A stretch of 63,671 nucleotides of DNA, the filler included, from Pelomyxa schiedti (lineage: Eukaryota; Protista; Evosea): assembly GCA_020536535.1 (NCBI GenBank). It is 10 parts of 10 records of this genome, joined end to end, with 100 filler letters (N's around TTAATTAATTAA, not from the genome) between each part and the next. Parts side by side here need not be neighbours in the genome. Positions count along the whole stretch, not along the records: positions 24,425 to 46,140 come from JAHLWZ010001071.1; 9 more parts are not named here. One strand, written 5' to 3'. Shown piece after piece: positions 24,425 to 37,111 of the stretch. Within the stretch, counting starts at the first letter, position 1, and each line of letters starts with the position of its first letter. The position numbers and the translations under genes are program-made. The notes below the pieces were generated by a model. That model was not told where the DNA came from, searched no databases, and saw nothing but the letters and a program-made list of their open reading frames with translations.

Positions 24425-26890
24425 CTCGTGTCCACTCAAATGTTGATCCCAACGTGAGCCTGCGGGAGAGGTCAAATTTGGGAAGGGAAGGAAAGAAGAG
24501 AGAGGAACTTGAACAAAGCCATTGACGAAGGATTCACAGGAGGATCACAAGAGCACACAAACATTTCATCACCAATCACAGCAGCTGCGTGGCCTCGCAT
24601 CAGTGGTGGTGTGATCCCTTGTGTAACTGCTTTCAGCCACACCTTTGAGGAAATATCTGTGTGTTGTCATGATGTTACCATCAGGATTGGTAGTGGAGAT
24701 TGGTCACCGAAAATCCACACATCGTTGAGCCTCTTCCCATTCATTGTTCCACCTATGTGTGTAGGCGGGTAATGGGTGAGAATTCTCGTGGGTGAGTTTG
24801 ATGAGGTGCACCAAAGATAACCATGGTTCCGTTGTGGCAAACAGCGGTGTGATGGAATCTCCCGCTTGGTGCGTGTCCTCCCGGTTTGATTGCCACCTGT
24901 GTGTTGGAGTGAAAAGATGGCGTAATTATTTCCATCTCATATGAACAAAAGTACTGCTTAAGTTCGGTTGTTTTGTGCAGAAATGCACGAGATAACACAC
25001 ACCGGAATCCAACTTTGTGCAGTCAAGTCGTAGCAAGTCACATCCTCACCTTCAATCCCATTGCAGTCGTATCTGCATCATTTGAGCACTGGTGTGAATT
25101 TGAATGATTGAGATACCCTCCAAATACAAACAAACGCTTCGCGAATGCAACCATTGATGAACCATATCGAGGTGAGGGTGATTCTGAGGGATTTCCTTCT
25201 GGAAGAAGTGAGCACTCACCTGTTGTCACATTCAGGCAATGCAACAAGTTTGTGTAACTGTTGTTCCCCCCTGTTACCCTAATAAGTGAAGAATGGAAGG
25301 GATGAAAAACGAACCTCCAAAGAGAAACATCAGGTTGTCAACAAACCTTTTTTTTTTCAATAGCATTGAGTAAAAACAGAAAATCTAAAGTGTGAAAGGG
25401 ACATACGCGGAAGCAGCAAAAGTCATTCCTTTGTAAACAACAGAGTTCCTCGGGTTCTCGTTGCAAGCTGTGATCCCAAGAGGCACTGGTTGCAACCAAA
25501 GTCCGCCCGAATATTCGAACCTCAGGACCTCAGGTGCGGGTGGTGCACCCTCGGCACACATTCCACCGACTGTGAACAGCACACTTCCACATCGTGATTG
25601 TGTGTGACCGTACCTGCGTGTGTGTGCTCGTGTGAGAAAAAGGAGAAACACAATGTTGTGTCACCTTGCAGCCACATCAACGTCGGTGAAAAGTGGTGAC
25701 CATGACGGTCGATGAACAGTGGCTGCAGGCCTCGATGTTCCAATGCGAGGAGCAACTGCGTTCCACAGAGTTCCCTGTTTTTTTCTGAGAGTGAGTTTGT
25801 CTCTGAAGGATGAGTATTTACCCATGAAAATGATGACACATTTTTCTTTCTTTTCGGCCTTCCAGTTGATCCTGTTGTGGCGATTCTGATTGCGTGTGTG
25901 AAAAGATCTTCAACGTGATCTCCACTCAATGAACTGATCTCAATGTATGCTGACGCATGAATATCCCGTGCCATCTGAAGATTAACAAGTCAAATGATGA
26001 ATTGTGGGAGAAATCAGGTTTACCTCACAGGCCACTTCAAAAGAAACAGGAGTCACATCGGACACACCACAATCTACCATACGTTTGAGGGTAACAGGGT
26101 CAGTCCTCAGATCACGTTTTGTTCCCACAAGGATGAACGGGATTCCAGGACAAAAATGAGAAATCTAACCCAACCAATCAATCACTTTGGGGTTCTCAAC
26201 AGGGTGGGTCAACTGAGAGATACAACTCACCTCAGGAGCCCACTGTTTCATATTCCCAGTGAGTAACAATAAAAAACCCAAGAAAGATTTTGTACCTTGT
26301 CTCGAACATTCGCCAAAGAGTCCGGATAGAACACTGAAAAGCACACCTTGTGAGTTTGAATCTAGAGTTTTCATTTTGTCATCACAAAGTCATACCAAGA
26401 ACAGATCTGTGTTGGGATAGCTCAGAGGTCTCAGTCTGTCATACCCCTCATTACCTGATGGCATTTCAGTCAACAAAGAACCAACTCCTGGACAAAAACA
26501 AAAAGGAGTTTGTTGTTACCAGCAGTATCATACAATCCCAAGTTGTACGGCTTGTCCTCGAGCGTGACTTTCACACTTAACACAACGTCAGTGAATTAAA
26601 GGAAGCCCTTTTTTGTGACCTGTAATTCTCAAACACCTTTTGCAGCCACGTCAGAAGAGAACCAGACAAAACAGGTGGGGAAAACAAAAAAAAAAAAAAA
26701 AAAGCGCACAGTTGGCACGTATCCATATTCGCCATCATACAATCCCTTGATGTACCGTCTGAGCAGGCACGTCTTGAACCAGGGAAAAAAAAAAACCCGT
26801 GGGTCACTGTTAATTGTGGGACTCCTTATTATGACACACTTTTCCCGAGGCAGCATCACCAACAGCAACAATCTTGAGTCCAGTCTCCAT
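24425..26890 (-). CDS. Rho family GTPase fused to Kelch repeats (3'-partial)
   Basis: METGLKIVAVGDAASGKTCLL...YVPTVFENY...[31 protein letters not shown]...ILVGTKRDL...YIEISSL, continuing into Kelch repeats (RYGHT..LFTVGG, RYGSSM..LFVFGG, RFHHTA..MVIFG). Confidence 0.8.
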
Positions 26891-27090
26891 TCCCTCACTA
26901 ACGGTTTACTTCACTAACGGATTTGATGGTTCTGCGAAGGCACACACAATGAGAGTTACGGGGGAGAGAAGAACCACCAGGCTCACTGAATGAAAAAACC
27001 AAAGGAGATTCTGAGTGTAGACTGTATATTATTGGCTTGTTGGCAGAGGGCCTTTATTATGGGGCTCGGATATTGCCAAATAACAAAATT

Positions 27091-28280
27091 TCAGGAAGCA
27101 AACCGTAGGAGTGTAAGTCCACATGGTGAAAGAGGCAGTACTATTGTCTCCAAGGCCTGAAGTGTGGTGAGTTTGCAGAATTTTATGGAAGGTAGGAGGG
27201 AATCATACCTCCTCGTGAGATATAAAATGGTTGAAGCTGGAAAGTATCTTAGCATTTCTTACAGCAGTTGAGCGTGGCACAAATATCCTGGCAAGTGCAA
27301 ACAATGCACGATACGGCAATAAGCCGGGAATTGTGTTGGGAACAACAATGAGACCACTTTCCGCGAGCAACTTCCGTTCTTGGATTGCTGTGATGTAGTT
27401 TGTGTATAGCTCAGGATTGTCATCTGTGTGATTGTGAGGGTCAGATTGGATTTGTTTACAAAAAGAAAAAAAGAATAAAAACCTATGTAAATCATATCGA
27501 AAGGTTTTTCAAAGGTCTCGAGCCTGATTAATAGGAGTAAGTTGGGTTGGTGTGAATTGGAAGTTAGACACTTCTCAATTGGGTTCTCAGAATTAATTAT
27601 ATATAGCTTGCGTTGGACTGTTTCTGTAAGCAGACCGACAAACTCAGAGTCCTTTTGGCGCTTTGTGATGGTTAGTGAAATTTAAAAGAGTCTGTATTTA
27701 CTGAAATGGCATATAAGAAACTGTCCTCTGGAAGCTCATCGACTAGAGAAATAGTGGTAAACCCACTATTGCATCCACACTGGAAGGAAGTGAGATGGTA
27801 AAAAATGAATTGGTAAAGCTACCACAAGGATTCTTTTTGCCTGAGTGAAACTGTGCCGAACCAGAAACCTCAGAAACTCAACTAATTGAAGAACACAGTA
27901 AGAAAAATGGAATTGGGCATCAAATCGTTGACATGCCTACCATTTAAACGAACTTGGGGCGTACTTGGTTTCTATATAGTATATGTCAATAAGGAAACAT
28001 AAAAAAAGTACAGTTTCCACTGAAACACGCCCAGCACTTCCAAAATAAAATACCATACAATAACAATTGTGGGAGGAAATGGAAAAGGTGGTGCACAACG
28101 CTTTCCCATAATTCAGCTAACCTCATTCGCTTTCTCCAGTACTTCAAGGGACTCTGATGACGATGTAGTTATTGTGGCAGCGTAGTCCACGGGCGATTGA
28201 CGAATTCGCCTCGCAATGTACCGTGACACTCCCACAAGCACGAACAGCCACACGCACGACAAAATACTGCCAACGAGCAT
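27091..28280 (-). CDS. Membrane-anchored O-methyltransferase family 3 (COMTD1/CCoAOMT-like), degenerate
   Basis: N-terminal TM helix; C-terminal FDMIYIDDNPELYTNY...LLAESGLIVVPN...FNHFI...LETIVLPLSPCGLTLLR matches the Methyltransf_3 pattern. Confidence 0.7.
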
Positions 28281-28703
28281 TTCCGTTGCAAAGTCCCACA
28301 CCAGAGCCTTACACTCACACAATTTAAAAAAAAACAAATTGATGGTCGGAAAACGGAGACTCGGTTCGATCTCCCACTGGGACAGAAGAAGAAAGGAATC
28401 CTTCAGTGTAGGTGCTGCGCGCTCGTTGGTTTTCAGGCGATACCTCTTCTTTAGTGTTCTTGGTGCTTTTATCCTGTAGTTCTATTCAGTTCTTAATTTC
28501 TAAAAGGAAAAACCTGGAACAGGAGGCAGAGTCTTTTTATGCCAGAGGATGGGTGGGCCTATCTTTTTTTTTCCTTTTTTTTTCCCCCCTCCTCCCCACG
28601 TACCGGGAACCCCAACCAACGCCTCGTCGTCTACGGCCAACACCAGCAACAACATCAACAACAGCACCACCCATCGTTTGTCCCATAATTTACTGACACC
28701 AAA

Positions 28704-30828
28704 ATGACTGCATGCTTGGCTCCTCGTACACGAGTCGCGCTTGGCGTAATTCCCAGCAACATCAACATCAACAGGCAACAGCCCCTTCTCGTAACTCCCA
28801 ATAACAAGCCAGTACTGGCACTATCTCAGCAGATTCAATCTCGTCCAACACCTCCAACAGCCCCTTCATATCCTGCAATCCTAAGCACCAAAAACATCAG
28901 TACTATCAGTACTCCCAACCACATTAATAATATGTCCCCAAACAGCAACAACAAGAAAGACCTGAAATACTATGCAGAGGAAGAAGGAACGAAAAAATAT
29001 GTTGGCATCAACGATGAGATCGTACGAAATTCCATGAGACTGGGACTTGGAAGCAGGCAACTGGTGTCACCACATGCCAATAGTTCTAATTATAGCGCTA
29101 CCGACGCTGGATCTCAACTACCCCAAGATCTTCAAATACAACAGAAAAATAACCTGCACTCGTCAGGAGGGGGAGGATGTGCAACACCGGGTGTGATATC
29201 AATCACAAGGAGATCTAGCAACGTCGAAACTACGCCAACCAAGATTACTACCACCCTCACTACTACCACCACCACAATGACATATAATAAGCCTACTGTT
29301 TCTACGGCAGTGCAAGCCACCACTCCTCAGGCGGATTTCCAGTCCCACCGAGATGCTGATATGCCTCTGTCTCGCAATGAAAATGAAAATCCACCTCATT
29401 CTGCATCCTACTCTCTGTTTTCGTCACCTCTTTCCTCTGTGAATAAACTCAATATGTTGAAGATGAGCTTACCAGCATTGCTGCCAACTCCCATTGTTCC
29501 TTCAGTTGGTACCCCTCAAACGCCACTCAAAGCTCGATCCAGTGTGGTTATTCCATCATTGTCTACACTGGGATCTGTTTGGGATACTTCCACGAAGTTA
29601 CCTTCAGTGCCCTTCAGCTCTTTTATCCCAACAGAGAGGATGAACTTGAAGGACTCCAAGGTTTCAAAGGAAACCAGTGCGATGTATTGCTATGGTACAC
29701 AAACAGCCGAAGTTGTACCACCCTCGCATCATAGTTCCATCGTTCCCACTGCTGATTTTACCTCCAATCATACTGGGCAATCTGCCCACATTACTACTTC
29801 TGAAAGACTTCAGAGGCACATAGTATATTCTCGAGAAGAGTTGCTTTCCTTGAGAGATGTATGCAACTGCAAGATTTTTTGTTTATTTCAATTTCACACT
29901 TTCTCATAGGTCCACTATGTACCTGAAGGTTTTAATAAACGAATTTTGGAGGAAATATCATCCCTGGTAAGCCGTTGACCCCATTTCTTCCATTTAACAA
30001 AGTAGAAGAGAGAATCAGCAACAGGGTCACCCATTCCCCAGATGTCCAAATCCCTGCCAAGTGCTTCTCCATTACTACTTACTCCAAGTTTCCACAGTCC
30101 ACTCAGCAGTTCCCTACGGACTCCCATGAACCCCTCTTTTGTTTCCCCTCCACAATGCTCACCAATCCCCATGACAACACTTTCCCCAACCGTACCATCC
30201 ATTCCCCCAACACCTATGTCATCGTCAGTCACAATCCCTCTCTACTTAAGAACTCCAACTCATGCAAAAGAGCAGCCCACGCCTGCAAATAGTCCCCCAG
30301 GGCCAGTCATGTCGCTGTTCCCAGGAGATGGCATTGGTATGTGACCCCAAAACATAACACATCTCTGACTGAAACTGTTTAGAGGAAGACCCTGCTAGAC
30401 TCCAAACTCGGCAGAAACAAATTGAGTACGGCATTGTAACTGTCGGATATCACAACTACAAAAAACTGGCAACAACAGTACAACCTGGGGATCCCCTTAT
30501 CCCCAATAAATTCCAGAAGTGCTCCAAGGTACAATGTCACCACTTCTTTCATAGCATACTAAGTCCTGTATTGTAGAGGAGTTGGGATGGTCAAATACGC
30601 AAATGGCGCCGCACCCTTCACTTCTTTGACAATGTAGAGACTATTGAAGATTTGAAACTCGCGCGTGCTGCTGTTTTGAAAGCGGCAGCTGCTGAAAAAG
30701 AAGCCAGGCAGCTATTCTACAGAGAGATGAACCGGTTGTTTAATGAGGACCAGTGGGATTTTGATGAGGACTTCGAAAACGACCATCCGCACCCTGTCAC
30801 TCCTTGGCCAAAAGGATCGAGCCTATGA
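28704..30828 (+). CDS. SLBP: Histone mRNA stem-loop binding protein with long disordered N-terminus
   Basis: EEDPARLQTRQKQIEYG..TVGYHNY...PNKFQKCSKRSWDGQIRKWRRTLHFFD is the SLBP RNA-binding domain, joined in frame by GT-AG introns to ORF 28704-29909. Confidence 0.9.
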
Positions 30829-31046
30829 CATTCAGCTTTTTTCTATCCATCAACTACAGCATTACGTGCCTTCTTTCTCTTCTCCCAATAGGTTTTGTGC
30901 ATTATCACCAGTATCTTTATAAAAGGTAGGAAGAAACCCACCACACAACATATCTGAAAAAAAAAAGAGAGTTTATTCTATTGGCGTAACGTTTGTTCTT
31001 ATTCCTTGTTCAAATTTTGAAAAACAACGCAAAGGTGGGAGTGGTT

Positions 31047-32388
31047 TTAGTGTGACCTTCCACAGGCCTGAATAATCTTTCTATGAACCTCAGCAAGGTC
31101 ACAGAGGTCACTCATAACCGTGTATGTTTGATGTGGGCTCTGTGAGCCATGTGGTGACTTTTCAGGCCTGACACAGTCAGTGCTAATGTCAAGAATATCT
31201 GCTATTAGAGCTGCCACTTCGGCCACAGCCTTGCTATCTTCCACCGCCTGTGATACTTCAACCATTATGAACTCCCAGTCAATAGCTACTACCTGTGTGA
31301 ATAGTGAGGTACAAGTAATGAATGGTCAAGACATTAAAGTATTCAGATATCAAATCGTTTATGGGCGGAATCAAGGGTAGAGGGGAGTACCTGTGTGGCA
31401 GGAGCATTGAGTGTAAGGAGAACAGTAAGTCTTATTGGTCCCCCTGTCTGGTCTTGTCGGATACACCCTGGTAGAGTATCTGCCGGCACGGAGGCTGCCA
31501 ATGCTCCATCGACGATATACAAAGGAGGTGGTGCTGTTGGTGTATTAGAGGTTCCTGGCTTAGCGGAAGAAGTTGCTGTAGAGGATGAGGAAGTCGAAGT
31601 TGAGGTTGTGGAAGTGGTGGTTGAAGTTGACGAGGATGGGGATGGTGTGGGAAATGAAGGAGCTGAAGAAGAAGGGAGAGCGGATCTGTAGGCAAGCCAA
31701 AGGCCACATTGAGTGCAGTGATACCGGTACTGGCGCTCAAGCCCTGAAGGTCGCTTCACGAGCTTGACACCACCATCACTCATTTTCTCCTGCTTGACAT
31801 GTGACGCTGCAACCACAATGGCACGGTCTGAGAGGCAAAGTTAGGCAGGAAACCCTGGAAGTAAATAACACAACAAGCACCAACATCCAAAAACGAGAAT
31901 TAATAGTAGGTGACAGTGATAGCGACAGTGTGGCAGTGACGGCGAATGAGACAGGTAGCTCCCACAATTTAGTTTTTGCCCGGCCATACCCGCGCACCTG
32001 TCTTCCTTTTAGGCAGCTTCTCCGCCGGCGTGTCCAGCAGCAAGGCCATCTGCCAGCACCCAGTGCAGTAGTACACCTTGGACCCGTGCCCGCTGCTCGC
32101 CGCTATCGCCACGTTCCCCCCGCCCCTCCCGCTGCTCCCCGTGGGCCCCCCTTCCCCTGTCGCGCCCCCTGCCCCCGTCCCCGTCCCCGTCCCCGTGCCC
32201 GTGCCGGTCCCCGTCCCCGTGGGGCCGCCCCCCCCGCCTCCCCCCTTGCCGCCTCCCGTTGCGGCGGCGCTCCCTCCGCGGGCCGCGGGGCCAGCTGTGT
32301 CCCTCGGGCCGCTAACGTCGGACACGGAGAGCGTGGGGGTGTCGTCGTTGGTCATCGTGGTAGTGTGCCGTCGCTTGGCCGTGTACAT
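31047..32388 (-). CDS. STEEP1: STEEP1/CXorf56 (UPF0428) homolog with C-terminal DUF167-like domain
   Basis: VYYC..C...LLLD...KLPKRKT; VKLVKRPSGLERQYRYHCTQCGLWLAYRS; LYIVDGAL; then the PGCIRQ...domain. Confidence 0.85.
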
Positions 32389-32616
32389 CCCTTCACTCCT
32401 GACCGACATTTGGGAATTTCTTGCTTCCTCTTCTTTTGTTGTTGTTGTTGTTCACGTAAAGCTTCGTGGCAGTGTGATGAGAAGATAGGGGCTAGGCTTT
32501 TCATTCCGTTGTTTGGGTGCAGTGCTTTGGATGGGTGATTACCCCCATTTGCTGTGTGGGGGTACAATACTGTTTGGGGGGGGTGGGGTTTGTGATGTGT
32601 TGCTTGGGTGGTATGA

Positions 32617-35600
32617 CTACTCATTGAGGCCAGAGAACATTGCCTTGGCCATCTTTTTCTGCCTCTGGTGTTCTTGATCCAATCCAGCCTGGACCAGCGT
32701 TAGCTCCTTCTTGATGGCTAAGTTCCCGGGTTCTAGTTTGAGACCAGCTTCCAGGTCTTTTTTCGCAAGCTCGTACTCCTTGGTTTGTCTGTAGGCTTGG
32801 CCTGTTCCCCTTTTTAGTGATTTTGGTTAGGAGAACAAGGGAGCATTACCTCGCCGGAAAAGAGCTTTGACGTTGGTGCTTTGCTTCTCTACAACCTTGA
32901 AATTACCCGTAAGGAGTTTGACGAAAAGCAAGATGATGCTTACTTTGTGGCAATTCTCGATAGCTTTTTGGGGCTTGTCGAGTTTGAGGTAACACAAGCT
33001 CAAATTTAGGTAGAGGGTCTAGTTCATTGTTATTGAAATCATTGGGCAATTTACTGCACATACACAGAGTAAATCATCAACGTTTTGTTTTTCTTCAGCA
33101 CTAAGATCAAACATCGATTGGAGGAATCCCACAGCCTAAAGAGACTAAACAGTTGTATATTTGAGCACATAGTAATACCTGAAAATACCTCGCTGCTGCA
33201 TTTTCGTAATCATTGTCTCTCACCAACTTGTTTCCAGCTTCTTTCTTCTTATTAGCAGCATCTAACTTCTCAGACTTGGTGCGAGGTTCGGGTTTCTGTT
33301 AGTGTGATAAACAAAAATTTAAACAGCAATTTATAACCTTAGTCCCAAGGAAGACAGGTTTGGCATTAGCAGCCTCTTGGAGAGCCTAAGATTTTAATAA
33401 GCAAGGAGAATGAAAGTTGGCTTTACCTTGAGCTTTTCTGCTTCAATGGCTTCACGATGGGCAACAAGAGCTGGGCATAATTCTTTGGTTTTTTGCTATT
33501 GCAAAATAAACAAGACCAAAACGAAAAGCATAGGAAACCTTGAGAGAAGTCAGGTAGTTGTCAAGCTCTGGTAGGGTGGCATTTGGGTTATCAGACAACC
33601 ACCATTCAGCTTCTTGGAGTGCGTTGAGCAGGCCTTCTTTTTCTTGAGGTGACATCACTACCTTGGCTGTGGATGGAGTTGAGGTGGGAGGCGGCGCTGA
33701 CGCAACGCTATTATTGCATTCCTCTCGGGTGGAGTAGAGGTAACCCTCCATTTCGTTTCGCTTTGACTGCAACTGTGCAAGCTGGGAATCCTTGAGGTTA
33801 AGTGCTTTTTCAACTTCTTTGTGTCTCTGCATGTCATAAGAAGCTAGTTAGGTTTTGTAGCATACAAATAAATCTCCTTCAGGAGACCCAAGGAGCTCGG
33901 TGTTATAAGTGTTGTACTTGTCTTCTACGACCAACGATTGGCCAAACCTTTTCGAGAGTATTTGCCCCTAGTTGTGGTGTCAGTGTGATTCTGTGCACAA
34001 AGTGCTAGTTACCAGAGTAGCAGCTCCAAGAGCGACGGACGATGCACTAAAATGCAGAGTAAGCTATATTAACATCACAGTGTTAAAGACCAGACCTGTC
34101 TAATGAACGCAGAATCGGTTTCTCAACGGAGATAGCCTTTTGAGCTGCAGAAACGATACTTGGAGAACGGAAACCACCTCCAACGATTTCAATGTGGTCA
34201 ATGCCTTCCACTGGAACACCTAAGAAGAGTGTTATCTCATAAATGAGGTACAGAAGTTTAAGGACCAGAGGATTGGATGGCTGATTGAATAACTTGCTGA
34301 AGTCGCTCCAATTCCGCACTGCAAAGCTCGTCCATTGAAGCCCTGTAAACGTTAGGAATTTACAATTTTTTTCCCCATGTACCTGCTGAGTACCATCCTG
34401 AGGTCAGTATCTTCTACAAAGGAATCCACTGCAACATCAGTGGAGGGTATGGTACTCAAGATGTGTTTAGCTTTCTCAACTGCTCGCCTCAGTCGAGCTA
34501 TTGCTCTCACATTTGGATTGGTGGTCACTCTGGCGTTCATGTCCTGTGAGTTGTTTATTCATAAAAAAAAAGTACAAGATCGAGTACCTTAAACTTCTGA
34601 ACAATATGCTCAATAAGTTTATTGTCGATACTGACTCCACCAAGTGTTTCATCACATACAGCACTGAGAATCTAGTGCGGCTTAATAAAGAAAAAACCTG
34701 GCAGGAAAAAAAAAACCGTCAGGGAATTTGGAGTAAACTTTGCCACAGCTGCTGTGGTATGAGTATGGCCTTGATCCAAGAAAAGAACTACTGATTCTTT
34801 CCCCTCAGGTGTAGGATGTCTGAAAGCGTAATGCACGGCAACTGTGCACTTTTTAGCATAATGCATTACAGCAACGGGGATCTCGTACCGCAAGTAAAAT
34901 CGTGTACAACTGCAATGGGAGTGAACCCTGATATCTTGGCTGCGTCAACTACACAGTGAATTTCTTGTTCCTTAAAAGATAATGGAACCTATAATTTATT
35001 TTTGGTTAAGAAAAATGGTTCTATGGAAGAGGAACCGTACAGCTAGCACACACTCTTCCAAAGGGAGACTGTCTGCTGGTAGTTCATTCCTGGCAAAACC
35101 TCCAAGTCTCGACAGTAACATTGCCAGTATTTGCTGGGGCAAGTATTCATTTCCGCCCAGCTTCAGGGATGTCATTTTCAAGACCCAAAAAAGGAGTTAA
35201 CATACTGTGAGAGTGAAACCTGGAGGAACAGGTGTTGGTGTTGCAGGACAATTGCACCACAAAGAAATTTGACTGATATTTTTTTGTAACAGGAGTTGTT
35301 TTATATTTCCACAGCACATTGAAGGTTGTCGAACTTGCTTTTATGTCCCATTAACAACAAGTGGTAAATGGTGAGGCGCACTAACCAAATCGAAAGCATC
35401 TTCACCAACAACACGCTTGTCACCGTCAAATCCAACCAAGCTCCTTTTGAAGGAACACAAGGGTAAAATGTAAATTGTAATTCCCAACAAACAGCAACAT
35501 ACGGCGTTACTTGATTCGAAAGATTGTTTGAAATGATTAAAGGTAGTTTGTCCTTATGAATCGACACTGCCACCACACTAGTCTGATTGCCGATATCTGC

Positions 35601-35796
35601 AAAACACGGTCCATAAAACGCAATCGAGAGAAAGGACAGAAATACCGAATGCAACCAGTGGAGCACACCGCTGTTCAGTCGTAGCCGCGGCAGCTGCGGT
35701 TTGTTGTTCCGCCGGCAGAGGAGGAGTGCTGGTTGTTGCGCTAGTGGTTGATGCGGTTGGTGCCGCTGTGCCTACGGTTTGATCGGCGGATGCCAT
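32617..35796 (-). CDS. Hsp110/Hsp70-like nucleotide-binding domain + helical bundle + C-terminal TPR domain
   Basis: DIGNQTSVVA..NNLSNQVTP; VVLFLDQGHTHT; RLRRAVEKAKHILS; IEIVGGGFRSP; KRNEMEGYLY..EAEWWLSD; TPR KKEAGNKLV...YLNLSLCYLKL...NVKALFRRGQA...KKMAKAMF. Confidence 0.88.
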
Positions 35797-35996
35797 TTGA
35801 CCTGATACTCGCAGCGAGCGAAACGAGGTAGTCTGCGACTTGTCTAGAATAAAAAGAAATTTATGGAAAAAAAATGATTTCGAGAAAATCGAGGCATCAA
35901 AACATCAGAGCAGGGGAACGAACCACTTTTTTTGTTTTACATGCAGGAAGCGGGTGATACACGGAAGAAATTTGGAGGAGATTCCGTGCACGGACC

Positions 35997-37111
35997 TCAC
36001 GTGAGAATGCCTGTTGGTGTGCCAACGGGCTGTTGCGAAGGAGACTGGGATCCTTGTGGTTCTTGAGGTTCTGTAGCCAATATGGAGGAGCCTTCGGGAT
36101 CGGGAAGAAGGGAAATTGTGGGAGATGCTGCCTGGTTGCTGATGTAACCGGAAATGGAAATGGAACTAGAATCAGTGTTGGGGTCTGTGGAGTGTTCTGA
36201 GGAATCAGTTCCGGTATTGGGTGGAGTTACACAGGGTGTGGTTGCAGACATAGTACTTTCACTGGAGGAACATTGATTCATCATTGCAGTCTCTGGATTG
36301 ATTTCTGGCACAGGGATCATAATATAAGACATGTTGACAGGCCTGAATCCATTGGACCATGATGTTGCTACAGAAGCTGTGAACCTTTCCAGGTTTGCCG
36401 AGGCTACGAACTTCTCTAGATAAGATATCTGCTGCCTAAGGGTAGAGTTGTCTGCTGTTAGGTGCTGAACGGCATTCTCCAGATGTTGATTGTAATCTTG
36501 AACGTAATCCAGCTTATTTTGCAGCATACTGACAAAGGCCTAATTGTGGGAAGAAATGGAGTCAAAGGGAAGTTAATAGAGTGTTATATTTTATCTCAAG
36601 AGTTGGTGAGGAAATAACCTTCTGTCGGAGGCGAAACTGTTGAGCAGCTTCCCGGTTCCTTTCCTTCCTGTAAAAAAGATAGTGAGAACTACAAACAAAA
36701 TCACTTTGGAAAGAGAACCACACACTTTCTAGCCCTTTTCTCTTCGTCAGTGACAGGTTTGGATCCCCCAGTCTGTGACGCCGAGCCAAAATCATTAAGC
36801 TTCTTCCTCTTTGAACCAGCCAGCAAAGGAGCTGTCCCAGTTGGGCTCGACATCCCATAAGCCTGAAACATCGGCGACGAAGCGGCGTAATAGTCATACG
36901 GCGACGCCGAGGGAGTGGGCGTCGACAGCGGTGGAGAAAGGCACGGGGTGGAGTCCACCGCCATCCCACAATTGTGGATCCCCAGCGATTGTTGCTGCTG
37001 TTGTTGTTGGAGGCGAGAAGACAAGGCACCACCAATGCAACTGGGCGACATCATTCCCGCCAACGTGGAAACCGACAATGACTCTCCAGACGTGCACTCT
37101 GCCTCTAGCAT
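35997..37111 (-). CDS. bZIP transcription factor
   Basis: EEKRAR|KERNREAAQQFRLRQK|AFVSMLQNKLDYVQDYNQHLENAVQHLTADNSTLRQQISYL: basic region plus leucine zipper. Confidence 0.88.

Noticed and set aside
31047-31480. STEEP1 plus DUF167-like fusion as a novel architecture
   Set aside because: To my knowledge the same extension occurs in plant CXorf56 homologs, so it is not new.
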